64,000 bases of DNA, from the NCBI GenBank assembly GCA_020137815.1, contig CM035350.1, positions 9,176,001 through 9,240,000 of the forward strand, in the 5' to 3' direction. The translations under genes and the position numbers were made by a program. This document shows, piece by piece, positions 33,470-45,675 of this stretch; the first letter of the stretch is position 1; each line of letters begins with the position of its first letter. Source of the DNA: Hormiphora californensis. Its lineage: Eukaryota > Animalia > Ctenophora. A model generated the notes under the pieces. The model ran no database searches and was not told where the DNA came from. It saw only the letters and a list, made by a program, of their open reading frames with translations.

Positions 33470-36400
33470 ATGGGCAGAAGACAAAAGAAGACAAAAGTTG
33501 GGAATGATAGAGAGATGCGGGCTGTCACTCGGAATTTCTCCAGAGGAACCGGTCCTGATCTGAAGACAGTGGGTGATAAGAAGTTAAGGAGGGAGCTAAT
33601 TGTCAAGGAGAAGAAGAATGCGATGGCTGTAAAATCAGCTGCCCTTGCTCAGCTTATGTTGCCAGAGGTATGTGATTGTTTGTTTGTTTGTCTATCTACT
33701 TGTCTGTCTGTACGTTTGTAGATCGGATGCAACTAGCAATGGAAAGATTTACCACACTCTCTCCACCCAGGAAACGGGATGTCTGGAGGCGGATGAGGGA
33801 GAGAGAACGATGAAATTCAAACAGCATGACATAGTGAAACATGTTGACGTGGGTAGCGCCCGGAAACACTTCTCTCTCACTCTCCCGGAACATGGTCCCT
33901 ACAAGTGTGCTTACACCAAAAACGGCAGGTAAAATAGAAGAAGAACATTGTCACTCCCACCCCACCCCTAACTGGCCACAAAATAGTAGTCTGACTCTCC
34001 ATGGCCCCAATTGAAGGAGATGTTGGACTCCACCGGGATGTGCAACACATATCAATGAATCACGACCTTTTTGTTTCTTTGTATCCAGGAAGAGATTTGA
34101 ATCCTTGTTAACTTGCTATCTCCCCAGGAAGTTGCTGATTGGTGGAGCTAAAGGTCACATAGGAACATTTGATTGGCAGACGGGGGCTCTAGGGTGCGAG
34201 ATCCATGTTAGGGAAACCATACGTGATGTAGTGTGGCTTCACAACAAGGATTTCTTCGCTGTGGCACAGAAAAAGGTACTTATTCAGGAGGATATGGGAC
34301 AGGAACCGACCGAAACAAGTAAACAACCAATCAGAACTCGTTATTTAGGTCACGTGACTGGTTATCAGCCAATCAGGGACCAGTATTTCCTGATTCCTGA
34401 TGTGGGAGGTATGTGGGATGTAGGCTATTTTCTATATATATCGTGGTAATACGTTGAAATTTCCCTCGTTCGACTCTTTTTCACTACACTCCGTAAAAAA
34501 AGGATTACAACAATATAAGTTGTAAATAGATCCTGAAATGGGATGATTAGAATGCCGTCAAGACTGGTTAGACATAATGATCAATACAATCAAATTAAAA
34601 TGTTAAAGACCGGTGGTAGTACCACCCTAGTACCACCCTTAGGCTGACAGTATCTTTATTGACAGAATTACCTCTTCAACTCTTTCTCAATCTCCCTCGT
34701 TCTGACTTCTGTTTCTCAATCCCATTCTGTTTCTCAATATCACCCCTATTATCTCCCCTCAGTACACCTACATATACGATGGATCAGGAACTGAACTGCA
34801 CCGTCTACAGAACCACATCAACCCAGTCTTCCTGGATTACCTTCCCTACCACTGGTTACTGGTATCTGCAGGTGTTACTGGATACCTCAAGTACCATGAT
34901 ACCAGTGTGGGCAAGTTAGTGGTGGAGTTGAAGACAAGGATGGGACAACCACACGCCATGGCGCAGAATCCTTGGAATGCGGTCATGCACTTAGGTGAGA
35001 GGGAATTAGATCCGGACCCATTATAGGACGGGGGTGTGATATTCTTTAGTTTCGAGTCCCAACTAACCACCTCTACAATCTATCAGGTCATGCTAATGGC
35101 ACGGTGTCCATGTGGTCTCCCAGTATGAAGGAGCCCCTGGTAAAGATGCTTTGCCATCACGGCCCCGTAACGGCCATTGCATCGGACAACACGGGCAGAC
35201 ACATGGTAACGTGTGGTATGGACAACCAGTTAAAGATATGGGATATCAGATCGTACAAGAACTCACTGTCTTATCACACCCACCGGCCGGGTGGACAACT
35301 GGCGGTCAGTGCAACGGGACTTATCGCAACCTCTCTCGGGGGACTCGTCCAGGTATACCATGATGTGAAAATGAGACTTTTGAGGTTTTCAAAACTTATT
35401 CGTGTACATGTCCCCCCTCATGTTTCAGGAATATTACTTTTATTTTTCAATCCCGTTAAATAGGTCTGGAAGGATTCCTTCGCCACGAAACAAAAGTGTC
35501 CCTACATGACCCACCGACTAGAGAGTGGCAATATCGAGGGTCTCCAGTTCGCTCCCTTTGAGGATGTCCTGGGTGTGGGTCATACCAACGGGTTTACCAG
35601 TCTTCTCATACCAGGTACTGCTCCTTCATAAAGACAGCTGTTACTCCTTTATAAAGACAGCTGTTACTCCTTCATAAAGACAGCTGTTACTCCTTCGCAC
35701 AACCACCTACTTACCAGTGGTTCATTTTTAGGTGCGGGACAGGCCAACTTTGATGCACTGGAGGCAAATCCATATGAGAACAAGCGCCAGAAACAAGAGG
35801 CTGAAGTAAAGAATCTCTTGAGCAAGGTCTGTTTATGACCCATTTCCTCTCTCCTCTAAGCCTTTCTCAGAAGTTAGAACCCCCTGAAACACCCCCTAAT
35901 ACCTCATCCCTCTCCCTCAGATCCAACCAGAGTTGATATCCCTGGATTCTGGCAATATCTCCCCCTAACACCTCATCCCTCTCCCTCAGATCCAACCAGA
36001 GTTGATATCCCTGGATTCTGGCAATATCTCCCCCTAACACCTCATCCCTCTCCCTCAGATCCAACCAGAGTTGATATCCCTGGATTCTGGCAATATCTCC
36101 CCCTAACACCTCGCCTCTCCCTCAGATCCAACCAGAGTTGATATCCCTGGATTCTGGCAACATCTCCCCCTAACACCTCATCCCTCTCCCTCAGATCCAA
36201 CCAGAGTTGATATCCCTGGATTCTGGCAATATCTCCCCCTAACACCTCATCCCTCTCCCTCAGATCCAACCAGAGTTGATATCCCTGGATTCTGGCAATA
36301 TCTCCCCCTAACACCACATCCCTCTCCCTCAGATCCAACCAGAGTTGATATCCCTAGATTCTGGCAATATCTCCCCCTAACACCTCGCCTCTCCCTCAGA

Positions 36401-39400
36401 TCCAACCAGAGTTGATATCCCTGGATTCTGGCAATATCTCCCCCTAACACCTCATCCCTCTCCCTCAGATCCAACCAGAGTTGATATCCCTGGATTCTGG
36501 CAATATCTCCCCCTAACACCACATCCCTCTCCCTCAGATCCAACCAGAGTTGATATCCCTGGATTCTGGCAATATCTCCCCCTAACACCTCATCCCTCTC
36601 CCTCAGATCCAACCAGAGTTGATATCCCTGGATTCTGGCAATATCTCCCCCTAACACCTCATCCCTCTCCCTCAGATCCAACCAGAGTTGATATCCCTGG
36701 ATTCTGGCAATATCTCCCCCTAACACCTCGCCTCTCCCTCAGATCCAACCAGAGTTGATATCCCTGGATTCTGGCAATATCTCCCCCTAACACCTCATCC
36801 CTCTCCCTCAGATCCAACCAGAGTTGATATCCCTGGATTCTGGCAATATCTCCCCCTAACACCTCATCCCTCTCCCTCAGATCCAACCAGAGTTGATATC
36901 CCTGGATTCTGGCAATATCTCCCCCTAACACCTCATCCCTCTCCCTCAGATCCAACCAGAGTTGATATCCCTGGATTCTGGCAATATCTCCCCCTAACAC
37001 CTCATCCCTCTCCCTCAGATCCAACCAGAGTTGATATCCCTGGATTCTGGCAATATCTCCCCCTAACACCTCATCCCTCTCAGATCCAACCAGAGTTGAT
37101 ATCCCTGGATTCTGGCAATATCTCCCCCTAACACCTCATCCCCCTCCCTCAGATCCAACCAGAGTTGATATCCCTGGATTCTGGCAATATCTCCCCCTAA
37201 CACCTCATCCCTCTCCCTCAGATCCAACCAGAGTTGATATCCCTGGATTCTGGCAATATCTCACCCTAACACCTCGCCTCTCCCTCAGATCCAACCAGAG
37301 TTGATATCCCTGGATTCTGGCAATATCTCCCCCTAACACCTCGCCTCTCCCTTAGATCCAACCAGAGTTGATATCCCTGGATTCTGGCAATATCTCCCCC
37401 TAACACCTCGCCTCTCCCTCAGATCCAACCAGAGTTGATATCCCTGGATTCTGGCAATATCTCCCCCTAACACCTCATCCCTCTCCCTCAGATCCAACCA
37501 GAGTTGATATCCCTAGATTCTGGCAATATCTCCCCCTAACACCTCGCCTCTCCCTCAGATCCAACCAGAGTTGATATCCCTGGATTCTGGCAATATCTCC
37601 CCCTAACACCTCATCCCTCTCCCTCAGATCCAACCAGAGTTGATATCCCTGGATTCTGGCAATATCTCCCCCAAACACCTCGCCTCTCCCTCAGATCCAA
37701 CCAGAGTTGATATCCCTGGATTCTGGCAATATCTCCCCCTAACACCTCATCCCTCTCCCTCAGATCCAACCAGAGTTGATATCCCTGGATTCTGGCAATA
37801 TCTCCCCCTAACACCTCATCCCTCTCCCTCAGATCCAACCAGAGTTGATATCCCTGGATTCTGGCAATATCTCCCCCTAATACCTCATCCCTCTCCCTCA
37901 GATCCAACCAGAGTTGATATCCCTGGATTCTGGCAATATCTCCCCCTAACACCTCATCCCTCTCCCTCAGATCCAACCAGAGTTGATATCCCTGGATTCT
38001 GGCAATATCTCCCCCTAACACCTCATCCCTCTCCCTCAGATCCAACCAGAGTTGATATCCCTGGATTCTGGCAATATCTCCCCCTAACACCTCATCCCTC
38101 TCCCTCAGATCCAACCAGAGTTGATATCCCTGGATTCTGGCAATATCTCCCCCTAACACCTCATCCCTCTCCCTCAGATCCAACCAGAGTTGATATCCCT
38201 GGATTCTGGCAATATCTCCCCCTAACACCTCATCCCTCTCCCTCAGATCCAACCAGAGTTAATATCCCTGGATTCTGGCAATATCTCCCCCTAATACCTC
38301 ATCCCTCTCCCTCAGATCCAACCAGAGTTGATATCCCTGGATTCTGGCAATATCTCCCCCTAACACCTCATCCCTCTCCCTCAGATCCAACCAGAGTTGA
38401 TATCCCTGGATTCTGGCAATATCTCCCCCTAACACCTCATCCCTCTCCCTCAGATCCAACCAGAGTTGATATCCCTGGATTCTGGCAATATCTCCCCCTA
38501 ATACCTCATCCCTCTCCCTCAGATCCAACCAGAGTTGATATCCCTGGATTCTGGCAATATCTCCCCCTAACACCTCATCCCTCTCCCTCAGATCCAACCA
38601 GAGTTGATATCCCTGGATTCTGGCAATATCTCCCCCTAACACCTCATCCCTCTCCCTCAGATCCAACCAGAGTTGATATCCCTGGATTCTGGCAATATCT
38701 CCCCCTAACACCTCATCCCTCTCCCTCAGATCCAACCAGAGTTGATATCCCTGGATTCTGGCAATATCTCCCCCTAATACCTCATCCCTCTCCCTCAGAT
38801 CCAACCAGAGTTGATATCCCTGGATTCTGGCAATATCTCCCCCTAACACCTCATCCCTCTCCCTCAGATCCAACCAGAGTTGATATCCCTGGATTCTGGC
38901 AATATCTCCCCCTAACACCTCGCCTCTCCCTCAGATCCAACCAGAGTTGATATCCCTGGATTCTGGCAATATCTCCCCCTAACACCTCATCCCTCTCCCT
39001 CAGATCCAACCAGAGTTGATATCCCTGGATTCTGGCAATATCTCCCCCTAACACCTCATCCCTCTCCCTCAGATCCAACCAGAGTTGATATCCCTGGATT
39101 CTGGCAACATTCTACAGATGAAGAGTACAGAGGAACCTGCAAAGGAGCTAACCGAGAAGGAGCTAGTGTTAAAGTTCAAGATGAAGGGACGAAACAGCGC
39201 TAAGAAACGATTCCTCAGGAAGTAAGTAGTTTACTTTTCCTGGTAGCGATTATATAATCGCGATTGACTAGTCATTACCGGGATTATTACAAACGTGCCA
39301 ATCTTCGTCTGTTTTCTAACAAATCCCTCTTTTTATCCAGGGAGAAACACATAAACGATGAGCGGGGATCTCGAATTAGGGCCGCCTTGGACAAAGAGAG

Positions 39401-39497
39401 AGAAAATCAGGAGGAGGCTGGTGATGAGGGAGAATCAAGTAGCAGAACGCCCCTTGCAGAACCTGGTATTCTGGATCGATTTAAATCTAAAGACTGA
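33470..39497 (+). CDS. WDR46: WD repeat protein 46 (Utp7, SSU processome)
   Basis: Nine exons. [32 protein letters not shown]|[26 protein letters not shown]4[18 protein letters not shown]...EVKNLLSK|IQPELISLD, ending ILDRFKSKD*. Confidence 0.96.
34300..34399. mobile_element. Second (inverted) copy of the hAT-type MITE in a WDR46 intron
   Basis: Reverse complement of 32219-32327 with one shortened TIR; TSD atatggga/atgtggga. Confidence 0.85.
35893..39107 (+). repeat. 69-bp tandem array, 47 copies, each = branch point + pyrimidine tract + CAG + start of the WDR46 exon
   Basis: Unit ...cccctaacacctcatccctctccctcag|atccaaccagagttgatatccctggattctggcaatatct. First exon-like start is 35921 and last is 39073 (46 intervals: 69 bp, nine of 67, one of 65). 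Confidence 0.97.
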
Positions 39498-39984
39498 TTA
39501 TTTTCACATATTAATCCCAATTTATTTTATTTATACCCCCAATATCACCCGATTTGTTTATTATACCCAGCCACACTGTTGGTTTCTGTCTGGCGACCCG
39601 ATCTGGGCGCACTGTCAAAACGGGGTCGCCACACTACAGTGGTTGATGGTTTATAGTTTTATCAGCTTGAGCGGGTCTCGCTTGCTGGATGTGGGACTTT
39701 GTTGGGCTGTTGTGCAACGTAGTAATCTATTATTTAGTGGTATACCGTACATGCATTAATTTGGAGGGAGAGTCAAGTTTTTTTCTGACACCCTGTATAT
39801 TTTAGTAGAATTTTCAGGTGTTACATCGAGTATTATATTTGTAAGTGTGTGTGTGTGTGCGTTTGACAAGATTGGTATGTTTACATCAAGAGAACATTTC
39901 ATTTACAACACCCCGTAACAATCGTATTTTAACTTATTTACAAGAATTTAACAAACAATTAATTAGATTTAATTAACATCCTTT

Positions 39985-41627
39985 CTAGCTCTTACAACAC
40001 TTGTTACAGTCAAGACGCCAGACGTAGTTTCCGCTCGTTCCCTTGGTGTGGTTTACCTCAACTGAAAGAGACAGATAATTATGGATTCAGTTACTCAGAT
40101 CTACTGGGTTAGAAATCATATTTGACAGTAGTAAGCTATGTGTTGTTGTGATTTAACCCCCCCCCCCCCCCCCACCTTCATTTAAAATCATAATTACCAT
40201 TCAGGGCGATGAATCTCCTCAGGTTGGGATCAATGTTCTTTCCGTCCTTTCCGAGAGCGAGGTTGGCAGAGTGACCCTCGACCCAGAACCACTTGTTCAT
40301 AGGGGCACACTTGGCGTTACTCTTACACTTGGCAGTGGTGGACTTGGCAGGGGCAGCTGACACAGGGGAAGGTATTAAATGGGTGCACACTTGGCGTTAC
40401 TCTTACACTTGGCAGTGGTGGACTTGGCAGGGGCAGCTGACACAGGGGAAGGTATTAAATGGGTGCACACTTGGCGTTACTCTTACACTTGGCAGTGGTG
40501 GACTTGGCAGGGGCAGCTGACACAGGGGAAGGTATTAAATGGGGGCACACTTGGCGTTACTCTTACACTTGGCAGTGGTGGACTTGGCAGGGGCAGCTGA
40601 CACAGGGGAAGGTATTAAATGGGTGCACACTTGGCGTTACTCTTACACTTGGCAGTGGTGGACTTGGCAGGGGCAGCTGACACAGGGGAAGGTATTAAAT
40701 GGGTGCACACTTGGCGTTACTCTTACACTTGGCAGTGGTGGACTTGGCAGGGGCAGCTGACACAGGGGAAGGTATTAAATGGGGGCACACTTGGCGTTAC
40801 ACTTGGCAGTGGTGGACTTGGCAGGGGCAGCTGATAGGGGAAGGGAAGGTAATGGGAAAACAGACAATCAGACAGGCAAACAAAGAAACAATTTAACAGA
40901 CAGACATGACAGACATTCTTATCTTCTTGTCTGACAGATATAAATTAATGTATTAACATTGTATACTCACTCCAGATGTTGTAAAGGATGAATTTCTCAT
41001 CTCCCCTGACGTACTGTACCCGTAGGGGTGTGTGGGTGAATCCTCCTATTTTAATTGGCCAGTTACCTCCTGCTTTGCTCATCAACTGCAACAGGTAATT
41101 TGTTGTTGGAAAGGTGTGTTATTATTTCAGCCAAATACCCATAAAACGTATAACTGCGTTTCTGGCAGCGCTTTGGAGGGGGGAATGGCCACCTTTGCGC
41201 TTGCCAGCGCAGTGATTGGGAAATGGTAGTTAAACTTTATTAGGGTTCCAGTTAAACTTTATTAGGGCTCCAGCTGGGTGTGTGTGGGAGGAGAATTAGA
41301 GATTTAGACTTTAGAGAGTGATGGGAATTGGGAGGAGTCGGGAGTCGAGATCATCGGATGGTCAAACTGATAATGATCTTATAATGAAGGGCGAGGGATG
41401 AAGTATGGGATCATTACTTCGAGCTCTTCTGGAGCCCTTCCAATTTCCCATACCATGATCCTCCTCCCTTTTTGAAAACCAGACCCCCCCCCCCCACAAA
41501 TAGATATGACCTCAAGATTTAGCGTCCTACTGTGAGACCCGACCTAGATGTTTTAGGCCGGGTCTAGTTGATCCACTCTGAGATATTGCATCACTTATAC
41601 AGGAAGTGTCACCATAAGCCCTTTCTG

Positions 41628-41711
<84 letters not shown>

Positions 41712-41970
41712 ACCTGAATATCACGGATGACGGGTGTTCCGGGAGTGTAGAGACAGTCGGCGCTGGCAGACGCCACTGAAACAAATAAATAATAATATAA
41801 AAGAAGGAGGGGTTTGTTAGTATTAGCTGGACAAGAATAGACAAGGGAGAGATATCTTTTCAAACTTATTGAATAGTAAAGGTATTAAAAACTATAATAA
41901 TGCCTACAGGGTGAATGAAAAAGGAGTGACAATTACCGAAAGATGCAAGAAGGACGAGGAGTATAGCCAT
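39985..41970 (-). CDS. Novel 124-aa secreted, 6-Cys protein
   Basis: Five phase-compatible GT..AG exons (41970-41937, 41775-41714, 41013-40971, 40356-40198, 40061-39985): MAILLVLLASFVASASADCLYTPGTPVIRDIQYVRGDEKFILYNIWTAPAKSTTAKCKSNAKCAPMNKWFWVEGHSANLALGKDGKNIDPNLRRFIALNVEVNHTKGTSGNYVWRLDCNKCCKS*. Confidence 0.78.
40302..40850 (-). repeat. 80-bp tandem array (7 acceptor copies) spanning the intron 3/exon 4 junction of the secreted-protein gene
   Basis: Minus-strand unit atttaataccttcccctgtgtcag|ctgcccctgccaagtccaccactgccaagtgtaagagtaacgccaagtgtgc. Exon-like starts at 40830, 40756, 40676, 40596, 40516, 40436, 40356. Confidence 0.95.
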
Positions 41971-42693
41971 TATTAAATTACGTAATTGGTCCAACACAGA
42001 TATAAGGAGGGTATGTAACGAAAAAAGAGAGATTATAGATAGAGAACGTTTTATCCAGGTAGAGACTTTTATGACAACCACAAAAGATAGTGCACCCTCT
42101 CTATCCCTCCCTTCTCCTCTCTCCTTTTCTCACCCTTTCTCTTTTCTTTATCTCTCTATCTCTCTTCTTATTCTCTCAGCATTAAACATATTCGTGTCGT
42201 GTCAACCAGATGAGATTGTATACAACACAACACACACGACACATAAACATATCTGCAGGGATCGGTAAACTGACCATATCGGGCACGTATGACTCGGTGG
42301 AAGGTCTAGGTGAAAGTAGAAGGCATTAGGCAAGGATATAGTTCGGTCTCGGGATTCGAAGTGAGAAAAGTAAAGTCTGTCATTCGGCATTGTGAGAAAA
42401 AAAGAGCCAAGAGGTGAGAGAAATAGAGAGAGCGAGAGAGAGAAAACAGAATGGATGAAAGATGTATAACAGGAAAATCAGAAATATGTAACACGATTGC
42501 AGTAGTCATACGAACACTCAGCTTTACATCCAATTGCACCAGTTTTACTCGATCATCTACCAGTGTGTGTGATGTCTTGTTTTGTTTGTCGAGCAAGGAG
42601 TGTCACGGGCTAGGGGTGAAGGTACTCGATAGAATACTATCGTGATCAGTTCTATGGCCTCATCATCAATCTCCCCGATCGTTCTTCAATTCA

Positions 42694-42800
<107 letters not shown>

Positions 42801-43693
42801 CTCTATCTCTCTCTCTCTCTCTCTCGAATCTGCAATGTCAGCGCCACCACGTCCCAAACATATACCCAGACACCCCCCTATCATGAGTGTGATAAGGGGG
42901 GTCATGAATGAGGGGGAAGCCATGCATTGATACACTTTGGTTTTTCTGTTCCCCCTGTGTTGTTGAGACAGCTTTGTTTTGTTATATGGGCTATCCACCA
43001 TCGTGTTGTTGACAGTTGTAAACAGAGAGCGTGTGTGTAATTGGGTATCTTAATTGGCCTCCAATTAGGCTACCATATAACAGTGCTGCTGCAAAATCTG
43101 ATCAGAGACGGAGAGAGTGAGATTGAAAAACAATCTAATTACCACTCCTCTTCTCATACTCGCTGTCTCTCTCTCGCTGTACACTTGTCCCCCATATCCA
43201 GGTGGGGGAGTCACATCTTATTTTTCCCAGACTCCACATCCTTCAGTCGTCGGGAGTGTGTATATCCTTGCCCCCCCCTGTTAGTTCAGATTGTATCTCG
43301 CACCTGTCTCCTTTCTCCTACACGTCCAGTCTACTGTCTTCTACTTCTAGTCTACCTACCTCTACTTCTAGTCTCCTGTCTTCTAGACTTTGTTGGACTA
43401 TAAAATAGTAGGCCTACTATCTCAGTATTCCCATATCGCGGGGCGCCCCTAATGCAATTGGTCGGCCGGGTTGGTTTATTTTCCAACAACTGTTCATTGC
43501 GGGTGTCACCACCTAAAGGCTAAAGACATTGACTTACCTCCTGCTCGTATCCTCCGTCTCTATTTGTTCTCAGTTCTGCTATCCTTCTCTTTTTATCCGG
43601 TGGTCGTTAGTTCACTCACGAACATCTGACTAGGAGAACACACACCCCTGCTGGCACCAGAGCCTTATTTTATCTTTACCTACCGGCCGTGGA

Positions 43694-43806
<113 letters not shown>

Positions 43807-44419
43807 TGATTTAGACAGCTCATCAGTCCCAATAGACGTGCTGTGAATCCTGTCAAGTCTCTGGGTTGAGCTCACAGATAATAATCGGAATTGCCTGAGT
43901 TTTAAATTGTAATAGAAACCATGCGTCCAGATTTCTCTATTGGTACGAACTGCTTGAGAGTTTGGCACCTGTAATGGGCGTGTCCTTTGTCTTCCCTAGG
44001 CGTTCGAAGCCTCTTCCAGGATCCGGATGTGCCTGGGTTACTGCGGTAGTAAGCAGTGTACCAAGTCTAGGTTGCTCCTTGGTTTAGACCAGACCTTGCC
44101 TTGGTTTTCGGTTGTTGTACTCATGTCGATAAGATGAGTAAGTTTTGGGGGTGAGTTTCAAACCATCACTGTATATTCATAGTCTACGGATTTGTTTGAA
44201 AGAAGGAGCCGGGTTTGGGGGTTTAAAACACTGACACCGGTGAGCAGCGGTAACGGAAATCCACCGCCACATTTGGTTCCGTTCAGTAGATGTGTTATGC
44301 CCGTCCCCTTGCAGCTTTTCACACGAACCCGACACTTTCAGTCGTACGGGTTGTATCTATATAATATGACTATAGGTGGATCTGGGACAGGTGGCCAGTG
44401 TGAAGCATTATGATCACGG

Positions 44420-45675
44420 GAACTTTCCTCTCTGGAGCGGGGTAGGGACATCCTCGTCCGGAGCGGGATCAACTATCCTCTCAGGAACAGGGTGTACTAC
44501 CCTCTCCGGAAACAGGGGCAACTATCCTTGTGGAGCAGGAGTGATACTATCCTCTTGGACGGGGTAAATTTATCCTCTCATGGAACGGGGTATGGGGTAG
44601 ACTAATCCTCTCTGGGACGGGGGCAACTATCCTCTTAAGCGGGAGAACCTATCCTCCTGGAACGGGGTAAACTACTTCTCAGGAACGGGTATGGGTAGAC
44701 TATCCTTCTCTGTGGACGGGGCAACTATCCTCTGTGAAGCGGGTAAAACATCCTCTCTGGACCGGGGTAAACTATCCTCTTCGTAACGTGGCTACTACCT
44801 CTGTGAAGCTGGGTGTAAACTTCTCTCTGACCGGGGTAAACTATCGTCCGGACCGGGGCTTACTATCCTCTGTGAAGGGGTAAAACTAACCTCTCTGGAA
44901 CGGGGGTAACTATCTTACTCAGGGACTGGGGTATGGGGACTATCCTCTCTGGGACGGGGCAACTATCCTCTGTGAAGGGGGAAACTATCCTCCTGGGACG
45001 GGTAAACTATCCTCCTCTGGAACGGGGCAACTATCCTCTGTGAAGCCGGGGTAAAACTATCCTCATCTGGACCGGGGTAAACTATCCTCGCTGGAACGGG
45101 CTACTATCCTCTGTGAAGCGGGGTAACTATCCTCTCTGGACCGGGTAAACTATCGTCTCTGGACCGGGGCTACTATCCTCTGTGAAGCGGGTATAAACTA
45201 TCCTCTTCTGGAACGGGGAAACTACTCTCTCAGGGAGGGGTATGGGGGACTATCCCTCTGGGGACGGGGAACTTCCTCTGTAGGGGGGTCGGAAACTATC
45301 CTCTTGGGACGGGGTAAACTATCTCTCTGGAAGGGGCAACTATCCTCTGTGAAGCGGGGTAATACTATCCTATCTGGACCGGGTAAACTATCTCTCTGAA
45401 AGAGGGCTACGATCCTCTGTGAAGCGGGGTAAGCTATCCTCTCTGGACCGGGTAACTTCCTCTCTGGGACCGGGGCTACTATCCTTGTGAAGCGGGGTAA
45501 ACTACCCTACTGGATCGAGACCCTATTAATGAAATGGAATTAGGGATTTAGCAGATAGTATCAGGATGGTTTAGTGGTTTTAGTAAGATAAAAGGGGCAA
45601 TGGAGGTCCACTAGTAACTACCTCTGTGGAGCGGGTAACTATCCCCTCTGGAACGGGGTTAACTATCCTCTAAGT
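44420..45675 (-). repeat. Degenerate ~24-bp tandem repeat (~45 units), possibly coding on the minus strand
   Basis: Plus-strand consensus actatcctctctggaacggggtaa with many homopolymer indels; the minus strand reads YPVPERIV. Confidence 0.85.

Noticed and set aside
35867-39078. Long repetitive ORFs ([23 protein letters not shown]; [21 protein letters not shown]) and a CRISPR-like look
   Set aside because: They are by-products of a 69-bp (3n) unit inside a WDR46 intron. There are no unique spacers or cas genes, and the locus is eukaryotic.
40293-40896. Six similar plus-strand ORFs (MGAHLALLLHLAVVDLAG...)
   Set aside because: Antisense readings of the 80-bp array; the spliced gene is on the minus strand.
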